Assembly: GCF_000725345.1 (NCBI RefSeq)
Contig: NZ_CP008852.1
Location: forward strand, 1,183,693-1,207,692
Direction of reading: 5' to 3'
Origin: Pelosinus sp. UFO1
GTDB taxonomy: Bacteria > Bacillota > Negativicutes > DSM-13327
Length of the DNA: 24,000 bases
Part shown: positions 8,211-16,537 of the stretch, piece after piece
Numbering within the stretch: position 1 is the stretch's first letter
Layout of the letters: each line of letters starts with the position of its first letter
Translations under genes and position numbers: made by a program
Notes under the pieces: model-generated
What the model was told of the DNA's origin: nothing
Seen by the model: only the letters and a program-made list of their open reading frames with translations
The model's database searches: none

Positions 8211-9437
8211 ATGGCAATTACGAAAAGAACCATTGGTTCAACAGCATCGAGTAATAACAAAACAAATGAGAACATATCCACAAATTCTGGTTGGCTAGAA
8301 TCTAGCAAACACATCATGACAGGAATTTCTTATATGATTCCTATACTCATCATGGGGGGGTTAATTGGTGCAATCTCTCAGCTAATACCTTATGTATTTT
8401 TTAATATAGATCCCTCTGTATCTATATTAGAGGCAATCAATTCGGGTAAATATGATGGTGTTAGTTTTACAATGCTTCAGTTGGCTAGCATTATGGAAAT
8501 TTTCGGATTTACACTCTTTGGTTTTGCCATTCCTATTTTTACAGCCTTCACTGCAAATTCTATAGGTGGAAAGACCGCTTTAGCAGCAGGTTTCATTGGA
8601 GGGTATATTGCGACTAAGCCTGTTGCTATGTTAAGTCTCATGGATGGAAAATGGGTTACAAAGGCACCAGTCGCTTCTGGATTTTTAGGAGCTATACTCA
8701 TCGCATTTATTATTGGATATTTCGTAAAATGGTTAAATAAGAAAATCGATCTGCCCCATGATTGGTTAGCATTTAAAGTTACATTTCTAATTCCATTGAT
8801 CTCGGCTTTTGCATGTTTAGTTCTAATGGTCTTTATCATTACTCCTTTTGGTGGGTGGATAAATACATTAATAAAAGATTTGTTACAAGCGGCGGGAAGC
8901 GCAGGGCAATTTGCTTATGCTTTCGTGTTGGCAGCAACTACTGCTTTTGATTTAGGTGGACCAGTAAACAAGGCTGCTGGATTTGTAGCCCTTGGTTTTA
9001 CGACAGAAAAACTTCTACCTATAACCGCAAGATGTTTGGCAATTGTAATTCCTTCCTTTGGTTTAGGCTTAAGCACTTTAATCGATAGAAAATTAGTAGG
9101 GCGAAGTGTATATGATAAACAATTTTATCAGCTGGGTAAAACTGCTATTTTCTTAGGATTTATGGGAATTTCCGAAGGTTCGATACCTTTTGCTTTAGAA
9201 CGACCAGCCTTTTGTATTCCCCTTTATGTCACTGGTGCTATTTTAGGAGCTTTATCGGCAGTAGCAATGGGGGCTATTCAATGGTTCCCTGAATCTGCAA
9301 TTTGGGCTTGGCCATTAATAACAGGTATTTTCCCATATATCTTAGGATTGATCATCGGCTCTACCTTTATTGCCGTGGTAAATGTCTTATATAGAAATAA
9401 GCTGATAAAAGATGGCAAACTTGTAGTTAATGAATAA
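8211..9437 (+). CDS. PTS EIIC component, fructose family
   Basis: 408 aa polytopic membrane protein. It has ...KHIMTGISYMIPILIMGGL... and ...FDLGGPVNKAA... motifs typical of Fru-family IIC. SD AGGAGG 7 nt upstream. Confidence 0.85.
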   Translation: MAITKRTIGSTASSNNKTNENISTNSGWLESSKHIMTGISYMIPILIMGGLIGAISQLIPYVFFNIDPSVSILEAINSGKYDGVSFTMLQLASIMEIFGFTLFGFAIPIFTAFTANSIGGKTALAAGFIGGYIATKPVAMLSLMDGKWVTKAPVASGFLGAILIAFIIGYFVKWLNKKIDLPHDWLAFKVTFLIPLISAFACLVLMVFIITPFGGWINTLIKDLLQAAGSAGQFAYAFVLAATTAFDLGGPVNKAAGFVALGFTTEKLLPITARCLAIVIPSFGLGLSTLIDRKLVGRSVYDKQFYQLGKTAIFLGFMGISEGSIPFALERPAFCIPLYVTGAILGALSAVAMGAIQWFPESAIWAWPLITGIFPYILGLIIGSTFIAVVNVLYRNKLIKDGKLVVNE

Positions 9438-9440
9438 AAA

Positions 9441-9483
9441 ATAAGAGTAGAGAACTGATGAAAAGTCAGTTCTCTACTCTTAT
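9441..9483 (+). other. Perfect 18-bp stem / 7-nt loop intercistronic hairpin between EIIC and the M24 peptidase gene
   Basis: ATAAGAGTAGAGAACTGA (9441-9458) is the exact reverse complement of TCAGTTCTCTACTCTTAT (9466-9483). No T-tract follows on the + strand; the SD AAGGAGG at 9484-9490 follows immediately. Read on the - strand, a TTTTT run follows the hairpin. Confidence 0.7.
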
Positions 9484-9495
9484 AAGGAGGTAACA

Positions 9496-10566
9496 ATGAA
9501 TTATAGTAAGAGGATTGAGGATGTTAGGAAACTGATTATAACAAAAGGACTGGATGGCGTTTTAATAAGCAGTCATCACAATAAGTATTATCTTGGGGAG
9601 CTCTTTAGTAGTTCTGGATATATAGTAATAACGAAGAGCAATCAGTATATACTGGTAGATTTCAGATATTTTGAAGAAGTCAAAAGCAAAAGTAAGTTAT
9701 TTGAAGTGATATTACTGTCCAGTAAAAATACCATAGAAAAAAGGTTGCATTCAATAATAATAGAAGAGGGATTACATGAGCTTGGCTTTGAAGGAAAAGA
9801 GATTTCCTATGATTTTTATCAATCTCTTCAGGAGAGCATAAACTGTAATTTATATTCTCTAGATTTATCCCAAATTAGAAGCGTCAAGGAAAGTAAAGAA
9901 ATCGAATATATTAAAAAAGCTTGTAACATTGCGGATGCTACCTTCCAATATATCCTTTCCTATATCGAGGCAGGTATGAGCGAAAAAACAGTGGAGAATG
10001 AATTAGTAAGGTTTATGAAAGAACAAGGGGGAGAAAAAGAATCTTTTGATAGCATTGTGGCCTCAGGGGTCAGAGGTGCACTACCCCATGGGAAGGCTAG
10101 TAATAAAATTATCAAAAAAGGGGAACTCATCACTCTGGATTTTGGCGTGAAATACAATTACTACTGTTCTGATATCACAAGAACTATTTCTTTGGGGAGG
10201 TGTTCAGCGGAACTTTCAAACGTATATGAGATAGTAAAAGCTGCAGGTGAAGAGGCCATGAGAAAAGCGAAGCCCAATATTACCATGGGAGAATTGGATT
10301 ATTCTGCCCGTGATTTCATAAGAAAAAGTGGCTATGGAAATTTTTTTGGACATAATTTAGGACATGGTCTTGGAATTCAAGTACATGAGTATCCGTCAGT
10401 TGCGCCTGACAGTGATGAACTTTTAAGAGAAGGTATGGTAATTACAATAGAGCCAGGAATATATATCCCGAATGTAGGCGGAGTAAGGGTTGAAGAAGAT
10501 ATTTTGATTACAAGAGATGGTTGTAGCTCACTAACCAATAGTTCTAGGGAATTAATTGTGATTTAG
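9496..10566 (+). CDS. M24-family Xaa-Pro aminopeptidase/dipeptidase (PepP/PepQ/YpdF-like)
   Basis: 356 aa. All five pita-bread metal-ligand contexts are present: ...LDFGVKYNYYCSDITRT..., ...GHNLGHGLGIQVHE..., ...ITIEPGIY..., ...VRVEEDILIT.... SD AAGGAGG upstream. Confidence 0.85.
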   Translation: MNYSKRIEDVRKLIITKGLDGVLISSHHNKYYLGELFSSSGYIVITKSNQYILVDFRYFEEVKSKSKLFEVILLSSKNTIEKRLHSIIIEEGLHELGFEGKEISYDFYQSLQESINCNLYSLDLSQIRSVKESKEIEYIKKACNIADATFQYILSYIEAGMSEKTVENELVRFMKEQGGEKESFDSIVASGVRGALPHGKASNKIIKKGELITLDFGVKYNYYCSDITRTISLGRCSAELSNVYEIVKAAGEEAMRKAKPNITMGELDYSARDFIRKSGYGNFFGHNLGHGLGIQVHEYPSVAPDSDELLREGMVITIEPGIYIPNVGGVRVEEDILITRDGCSSLTNSSRELIVI

Positions 10567-10576
10567 GAGAGAGAGA

Positions 10577-11749
10577 ATGTATCATTTTGATGAGATTGCA
10601 GATCGAGTAAGTGAAAAATCTAGAAAATGGGATAGAAAAATAATCGAAAAAAAATTTGGGTCAGTGCCAGAAAACTTTATACCCATGTGGATTGCAGATA
10701 TGGACTTTAAAATGCCGCCAGAACTAGAAAAGGCTTTTCATGAAGCGATTTCAAGAGGGGTTTTAGGTTATACCTATTGCTACGAAGAATTTTATGATGC
10801 GGTGATAAAATGGCAATATGATATGCACCATGTGACAGTTAAGAAGGACTGGATAACATTGTCCTATGGGACAGTATCTACCATCCACTATGTGATACAA
10901 GCTTTTTGTGAACGTGGAGACTGTGTTATGATGAACACCCCAGTATATGATCCCTTTGATAGTGCAGCAAGAAAGCAAGGGGTAAAGAGCATTTACAATA
11001 GTCTAAAGCTAGTAGAGGGAAGGTATTATATAGATTTTGAACATTTAAAATCACAGTTAGAGCAATACAAACCGAAATTATATTTATTTTGCTCTCCCCA
11101 CAATCCATCGGGGCGAATTTGGTGTTTAGAAGAATTGACAGAAGTAGCAAGGCTATGCAAAGAGCATAATACAATACTAATTACGGATGAAGTACACGGC
11201 GAGCATATAATGTATGGGGAATTTCATTCTGCGCTAAATCTAACTGATGGGTGTGAAAATTTAATACTAGTAACCTCTCCGAATAAGGGGTTTAATTTGG
11301 GCGGGTTAAAGACTTCATACTCCATAATATCCAATGAGCATATAAGGAACCGTTTTAGAAAAAAACTAGAGCAGAATTCTATCACTTCCCCAAATGTTTT
11401 TGGTATTATTGGAGTCATTATTGCTTACGAGCAATGTAGACCTTGGCTTGCCGGGGTAAATGCATATATAAAAGAAAATTATGAGCTTTTTGAATCCTAT
11501 ATAGAAAAGAAAATTCCAAAATTAAAAGTGATGAAAATGGAATCATCCTACTTGGCATGGGTAAATATACAAGAAACGGGATTCACTTCAGAAGAGATTA
11601 CAACTATGCTGGCTTTACAGGCCGGTGTATTAGTTGAAAATGGAACTCACTTTGTTAAAGATGGAGAAGGATACATAAGAGTGAACTTAGGAACACAAAA
11701 GGATAAGGTACTTGAAGCATTAAGAAGGATGGAAAAGATCTTGCGTTAG
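10577..11749 (+). CDS. patB: PLP-dependent C-S lyase / cystathionine beta-lyase of the PatB/MalY family (class I/II aminotransferase fold)
   Basis: 390 aa. The N-terminal ...FDEIADRVSEKSRKWD... is typical of MalY/PatB. PLP-lysine context ...TSPNKGFNLGGL.... Its start is 10 nt after the upstream stop, with SD GGAGAGAGAGA. Confidence 0.8.
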   Translation: MYHFDEIADRVSEKSRKWDRKIIEKKFGSVPENFIPMWIADMDFKMPPELEKAFHEAISRGVLGYTYCYEEFYDAVIKWQYDMHHVTVKKDWITLSYGTVSTIHYVIQAFCERGDCVMMNTPVYDPFDSAARKQGVKSIYNSLKLVEGRYYIDFEHLKSQLEQYKPKLYLFCSPHNPSGRIWCLEELTEVARLCKEHNTILITDEVHGEHIMYGEFHSALNLTDGCENLILVTSPNKGFNLGGLKTSYSIISNEHIRNRFRKKLEQNSITSPNVFGIIGVIIAYEQCRPWLAGVNAYIKENYELFESYIEKKIPKLKVMKMESSYLAWVNIQETGFTSEEITTMLALQAGVLVENGTHFVKDGEGYIRVNLGTQKDKVLEALRRMEKILR

Positions 11750-11755
11750 TTCGGG

Positions 11756-11800
11756 ACAAACCTCGCCTTTATCAGACAAGGAAGGTTTGTTATACTTGTT
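11756..11800 (+). terminator. Possible weak terminator at the end of the PTS-peptidase operon
   Basis: ACAAACCT (11756-11763) pairs with AGGTTTGT (11783-11790), and an inner CCTT pairs with AAGG across a small internal loop. The downstream U-tract is poor (TATACTTGTTCCTTT). Confidence 0.35.
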
Positions 11801-11803
11801 CCT

Positions 11804-11832
11804 TTGACAGATTAATATCCATTTAGTAAAAT
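11804..11832 (+). promoter_or_regulatory. SigA-type promoter for the radical SAM gene
   Basis: TTGACA (11804-11809), a 17-nt spacer, then TAAAAT (11827-11832). It lies about 50 nt upstream of ATG 11881. Confidence 0.55.
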
Positions 11833-11880
11833 TAGCTGAAATGCTGGAATAGCATTATAAGAAATTGGAGTCTACAGCCT

Positions 11881-12759
11881 ATGAAAAAATATAAAAAAGT
11901 ATATTTAGAAATAACAAATGTATGCAATTTAAAATGTGATTTCTGTCCTGAAACGAAAAGAAAAGCTGAATTTATGACAGAAGCTACGTTTGTACAAATT
12001 CTAGATCAAATTAAACCTTTTACGGATTATATATACTTACATGTAAAGGGCGAACCTTTATTACATCCTAACTTAGGGAGTTTTCTAGATATAAGTGATG
12101 AAAAGGGTTTTAAGGTAAATATTACAACAAATGGTACTTTAATAAATAAAGCAGCAAATACTTTACTAGCGAAACCTGCAGTAAGACAAATAAATTTTTC
12201 CCTTCATAGCTTTGATGGTAATCTAAGCGAGATATCTAAAGATGAATACGTCGGCAATATCCTCGAATTTTCTCGTAGGGCAGTAGTGGAGTCAAAAATA
12301 ATAATATCCTTACGATTGTGGAATTTGGACGAGGCCTTAGTAACAGAGGATCAAAGAAAAAGAAATTTGGATATGATTGATAAAATTGAGGAGACCTTTA
12401 AGTTGCCTTATAAAATACAGGGTAATTTATCGGAAGCTAAAGCGTTAAAATTAGGGGATCGAGTGTATTTGAATCAAGATTATGAGTTTAAATGGCCTGA
12501 CTTAAAGGAAAAAGAGGATTTTAGTAACGGAACTTGCTTTGGTTTAAGAAATCAAATTGCTATTTTAGTGGATGGAACAGTAGTACCCTGTTGCCTTGAT
12601 GGCGAGGGGATAATTAATTTGGGCAATATTCATGAAGCCAGATTTTCTGATATTATAAGTAAGAAAAGAGTTGAAGATATAAGATTAGGTTTTTGTAGTA
12701 ATAATGTCGTAGAAGAACTTTGCAGAAAATGCGGGTATAGAAAAAGATTTAATAAATAG
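11881..12759 (+). CDS. Radical SAM enzyme with a SPASM/Twitch-like Cys-rich C-terminal domain; substrate unknown
   Basis: 292 aa. CX3CX2C cluster motif (...NVCNLKCDFCPE...). The C-terminal ...CFGLRNQIAILVDGTVVPCC... fits the CX12GX4C half of SPASM/Twitch, with additional Cys in ...GFCSNNVVEELCRKCGY.... Confidence 0.8.
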   Translation: MKKYKKVYLEITNVCNLKCDFCPETKRKAEFMTEATFVQILDQIKPFTDYIYLHVKGEPLLHPNLGSFLDISDEKGFKVNITTNGTLINKAANTLLAKPAVRQINFSLHSFDGNLSEISKDEYVGNILEFSRRAVVESKIIISLRLWNLDEALVTEDQRKRNLDMIDKIEETFKLPYKIQGNLSEAKALKLGDRVYLNQDYEFKWPDLKEKEDFSNGTCFGLRNQIAILVDGTVVPCCLDGEGIINLGNIHEARFSDIISKKRVEDIRLGFCSNNVVEELCRKCGYRKRFNK

Positions 12760-12773
12760 TTGTTTAGCAAGGC

Positions 12774-12802
12774 AAGGACTTACTTCATTGTAGGTCTTTT
12801 TT
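12774..12802 (+). terminator. Rho-independent terminator after the radical SAM gene
   Basis: AAGGACTTAC (12774-12783) pairs with GTAGGTCTTT (12790-12799), including two G-U pairs, with a 6-nt loop. It runs into a T-rich tract (TTTTTTATTT). Confidence 0.55.
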
Positions 12803-12920
12803 ATTTGTTGAAAAAAATAATAGTAAAAAATTATTATCGTAGAAGGAATTTCTTATTAAATGGATAATAATAACAATATAGAAAATTTAGATAATTCGAG
12901 CAAGGAGAAGATGAATTTAT

Positions 12921-13577
12921 ATGGAGTACAAAAAACTGCTAAATCGATATATCCCTCTCGTAGACTTTATTGCAGACATTATCGGCCCACATTGTGAAGT
13001 CCTTTTGCACGATATCGTAGATGTAGAAAACTCGGTTATTGCAATTCGGAATGGATATATAAGTGGGAGGTATTTAGGATGTCCTTTAACAGATTTAGGA
13101 TTTAAATTATTAGAAAATAAATCTCATTTACATCATAATGCCCTTATTAATTACCGAAGCCGTACTGATAGTGGTGAAAAATTAATATCATCGACTTATT
13201 ATATCAAAGATGAAAAGGGAGAATTGATCGGAATGATTTGTGTCAATATTTTAAATTCACCAGATCATCTTATCAATAAGATTCCTAGGGAATTTCCTGT
13301 CAATGCATTGCTTAGTAATGCAGTTCATGCTGATGATACGGAAGAAGTAACAGAGTCTCTAAGTACTTCCTTGGTTAATGTAGTCGATGATGCAGTAAAA
13401 AAAGTAATTAGCAAATATAATATTTCTGCTGAAAGATTGTCAGGAGAAGAAAAAAGTGCAATAGTTCAAGAATTACGTGAAAATGGAATTTTTAAGATAA
13501 AAGGTGCTATTACTAAGGTAGCTACTACTTTGAAAACATCAGAAAGTACTATTTATCGATATTTAGCAATGAAATAA
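12921..13577 (+). CDS. YheO/DauR-like transcriptional regulator (YheO-type PAS-like sensor domain + C-terminal HTH)
   Basis: 218 aa. The N-terminal ...YIPLVDFIADIIGPHCEVLLHDI...NGYISGR..G.PLTDLG... matches the YheO-like domain. The C-terminal ...KGAITKVATTLKTSESTIYRYL... is an HTH. Confidence 0.75.
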   Translation: MEYKKLLNRYIPLVDFIADIIGPHCEVLLHDIVDVENSVIAIRNGYISGRYLGCPLTDLGFKLLENKSHLHHNALINYRSRTDSGEKLISSTYYIKDEKGELIGMICVNILNSPDHLINKIPREFPVNALLSNAVHADDTEEVTESLSTSLVNVVDDAVKKVISKYNISAERLSGEEKSAIVQELRENGIFKIKGAITKVATTLKTSESTIYRYLAMK

Positions 13578-13636
13578 GTACTTATGTAGCGTTGAGTTAG
13601 GTACCTATCAGGGACTCCTTTATGTTTATTGCATAG

Positions 13637-13652
13637 CTTATAGCACTATAAG
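13637..13652. promoter_or_regulatory. 7-2-7 palindrome CTTATAGcaCTATAAG in the leader upstream of the threonine dehydratase gene; candidate operator
   Basis: The arms are exact reverse complements (13637-13643 and 13646-13652). It lies 60 nt downstream of the YheO-like regulator gene. Function is not established. Confidence 0.25.
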
Positions 13653-13885
13653 TGTGGATAACCTGACTAATATAAGATGTTTGGTACAAGGGAAAAAACA
13701 GTTTTTTATTAACTTTTTGCGGGGGTGATTATTGATGATATTGTAAACCACTATCATTAGGTATGAAAGATTTTTGTTGCTGTAAATCTAACTGCACATC
13801 TTTTGTAGGCGCTGTCGTCCTATAGAAGGAACTTGCTAGAATAAAAGCTACTATATATTGCCAATATAAGTAAGGATGTGATCAA

Positions 13886-15094
13886 ATGCATGTCTCATTA
13901 GAAGAAATAAAAAAGGCCCGAGGAGTTTTAGACGGGGTGATTTGTAGAACAGGACTGGTGTATACCAATATCATTAGCGAGATGAGCGGCAATCATGTTT
14001 ATCTCAAAATGGAAAACCTACAACGTACGGGGTCATTCAAACTAAGGGGAGCATATAACAAAGTCGCGAATTTAAGTGAATCTGAAAAGAAAAATGGAGT
14101 TATTGCCTCCTCGGCAGGTAATCATGCGCAAGGGGTAGCCCTCGCAGCAACAACTTTTGGTATCCAATCTACCATTGTTATGCCCAAACATGCTCCCTTA
14201 TCAAAAGTGATCGCTACTCGAGGATATGGAGCTAAAGTAGTCTTACACGGTGATGTTTACGATGAAGCATATGCAGAGGCTAAACGAATTCAGGCAGAAG
14301 AAAACTCCACATTTGTTCATCCCTTTAATGACCCTATGGTAATTGCGGGACAGGGAACAATTGCTTTAGAGCTACTAGAAGATTTACCAGATGTAGAAGT
14401 AGTAGTTGTGCCAATTGGCGGGGGCGGGCTCATTTCTGGGATGGCAGTAGCTTTAAAAGAAATGAAACCGAGTATAAAACTAATTGGTGTACAGACCCAA
14501 AATATGCCAAGCATGGCGCAGGCAATCGCTCAGAAGCATGTAGTCACCATTGACGGAATTCCGACTATCGCTGATGGCATCGCAGTCAAGACACCTGGTA
14601 ATTTGAATTTTGATATTGTTCAACGGTATGTAGACGATATTGTTACGGTAGATGAAGAAGAAATAGCGAGTGCTATTTTATTGTTACTCGAAAGAGTTAA
14701 GAGTGTTGCGGAAGGTGCAGGTGCCGCAAGTGTTGCAGCGGTTTTAAATAGACTTTCTGGCTATAAAGATCGAAAAATAGCAGCCGTAATAAGTGGCGGA
14801 AATATTGATGTTAATACTATGACGCGTATTATCAATAAAGGGCTTGTTAAGTCAGGGCGCAAGGTGTTTTTTGATACTATAATTTCAGATAAGCCTGGAG
14901 TATTATGCCAATTGCTACAATTGATTGCTAATGCTGGTGCTAATGTACTTGCTATTACACACAGCCGAGAAAATAGAGATGTGGCCTTGGGGTGTGCTAG
15001 AGTGGAGTTAGAATTGGAAACCGCAGATGATGAACAAATTTATACAATAAAAAGGTTAATGGAACAACGTCACTATAACGTTAATATTCGATAA
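13886..15094 (+). CDS. ilvA: Threonine ammonia-lyase (threonine/serine dehydratase) with a C-terminal ACT-like regulatory domain
   Basis: 402 aa. PLP-lysine motif ...TGSFKLRGA.... ...[10 protein letters not shown].... Glycine loop ...[10 protein letters not shown].... The C-terminal ...[23 protein letters not shown]... is ACT-like. The genomic context suggests a catabolic rather than biosynthetic role. Confidence 0.9.
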   Translation: MHVSLEEIKKARGVLDGVICRTGLVYTNIISEMSGNHVYLKMENLQRTGSFKLRGAYNKVANLSESEKKNGVIASSAGNHAQGVALAATTFGIQSTIVMPKHAPLSKVIATRGYGAKVVLHGDVYDEAYAEAKRIQAEENSTFVHPFNDPMVIAGQGTIALELLEDLPDVEVVVVPIGGGGLISGMAVALKEMKPSIKLIGVQTQNMPSMAQAIAQKHVVTIDGIPTIADGIAVKTPGNLNFDIVQRYVDDIVTVDEEEIASAILLLLERVKSVAEGAGAASVAAVLNRLSGYKDRKIAAVISGGNIDVNTMTRIINKGLVKSGRKVFFDTIISDKPGVLCQLLQLIANAGANVLAITHSRENRDVALGCARVELELETADDEQIYTIKRLMEQRHYNVNIR

Positions 15095-15111
15095 AAAAGG
15101 GAGTGAGCCTC

Positions 15112-16506
15112 GTGGAAGAAAAACAATTAACCAGAGGACTTAAAGCGCGGCATATTGAACTGATAGCCCTGGGAGGCACGATTGGTGTTGGCTTGTTTAT
15201 GGGGTCGGCAAGTACAATAAAATGGGCTGGTCCCTCTGTACTATTGGCGTATGCCTTAGCTGGTATTATTATGTTTTTTGTAATGCGTATCATGGGAGAA
15301 ATGCTTTTTCTAGAACCCGTTACAGGTTCTTTTGCAACCTATGCTCATAAGTATGTCAGTCCTTTGGCTGGTTTCCTGACTGCTTGGTGTTACTGGTTTT
15401 TATGGGTTACGGTGGGAATGGCAGAAGTAACCGCAATTGGAATTTACGTGGCATACTGGTTCCCTGATATTCCCCAATGGTTACCAGCTTTAGCGGGAGT
15501 AGGAATCGTTGCTGCAGCTAATCTAGCAGCTGTAAAATACTACGGAGAATTTGAATTTTGGTTTGCCCTAATCAAAGTTATCGCAATTATAGTTATGCTT
15601 GTGATTGGGACTGGGATGATTTTTTTCGGCCTCGGTAACGGTGGTCAACCAATCGGTTTTGAGAACCTCTATAGTCATGGTGGATTTTTTGCTGGGGGCT
15701 TGGAAGGTTTCTTGTTTGCCTTGTGCCTGGTAACTGCTTCTTATCAAGGTGTAGAATTAGTGGGAATTACAGCTGGCGAAGCGGAAGATCCTAAAAACAC
15801 ATTACGAAAAGCCATCCAAAATATTATTTGGCGTATTTTGATCTTTTATGTTGGTGCGATCTTTGTGATTGTAACTATTTATCCTTGGAACCAAATTGGC
15901 GCGATTGGTAGCCCTTTTGTTATGACCTTTGCTAAAGTCGGTATTGTTGCTGCTGCTGGTATCATCAATTTCGTTGTCCTTACAGCGGCAATGTCAGGGT
16001 GTAACAGTGGTATTTATAGTGCAGGAAGAATGCTTTATACTCTAGCAGAAAATGGCCAAGCTCCTAAATACTTTGGCAAAGTATCCGAGAGTGGTGTGCC
16101 CCACAATAGTATTATGACGACAATTGCCTGCCTACTAGTGGGAGTAATTTTTAATGTGATAGCTCCAGACTCAAAATTGTTCCTTTACATTTATAGTGCC
16201 AGTATTCTTCCTGGAATGATACCCTGGTTTGTATTGGCATTCAGTCAAATAAAGTTTAGAGAAAAATGGAAAAGTGAAATGCCAGATCATCCCTTTAAGT
16301 CCCCTTTATTCCCGGTCAGCAACTATATAACCATCATATTTTTATCCCTAGTATTGATTGGAATGTGGTTTAATCCAGATACTCGTGTTTCATTAATTGT
16401 TGGTGCAGTATTTATTGGGATTGTCACAGTGGGCTTTTATGCCTGTGGTGTGGGGAAAAAACAAACAAACGCAGCATTAGAAGAATCACAGAAGGATGCT
16501 AGGTAG
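15112..16506 (+). CDS. APC-superfamily amino acid permease (AAT family; CycA/AnsP/YbxG-like)
   Basis: Signature ...[23 protein letters not shown]... and about 12 hydrophobic segments. The track starts at GTG 15103, which abuts the SD GGGAG (15098-15102). GTG 15112, 9 nt after the SD, is the more likely start. Confidence 0.85.
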   Translation: MEEKQLTRGLKARHIELIALGGTIGVGLFMGSASTIKWAGPSVLLAYALAGIIMFFVMRIMGEMLFLEPVTGSFATYAHKYVSPLAGFLTAWCYWFLWVTVGMAEVTAIGIYVAYWFPDIPQWLPALAGVGIVAAANLAAVKYYGEFEFWFALIKVIAIIVMLVIGTGMIFFGLGNGGQPIGFENLYSHGGFFAGGLEGFLFALCLVTASYQGVELVGITAGEAEDPKNTLRKAIQNIIWRILIFYVGAIFVIVTIYPWNQIGAIGSPFVMTFAKVGIVAAAGIINFVVLTAAMSGCNSGIYSAGRMLYTLAENGQAPKYFGKVSESGVPHNSIMTTIACLLVGVIFNVIAPDSKLFLYIYSASILPGMIPWFVLAFSQIKFREKWKSEMPDHPFKSPLFPVSNYITIIFLSLVLIGMWFNPDTRVSLIVGAVFIGIVTVGFYACGVGKKQTNAALEESQKDAR

Positions 16507-16537
16507 AAAAATTTATTGTAGCGGAGGAATTTAATTT

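Noticed and set aside
9458-9493. 11-codon ORF (MKSQFSTLIRR) starting in the loop of the 18-bp hairpin and stopping within the downstream SD.
   Set aside because: There is no SD, and the start codon is sequestered at the stem-loop junction. It is most simply a by-product of the hairpin sequence.
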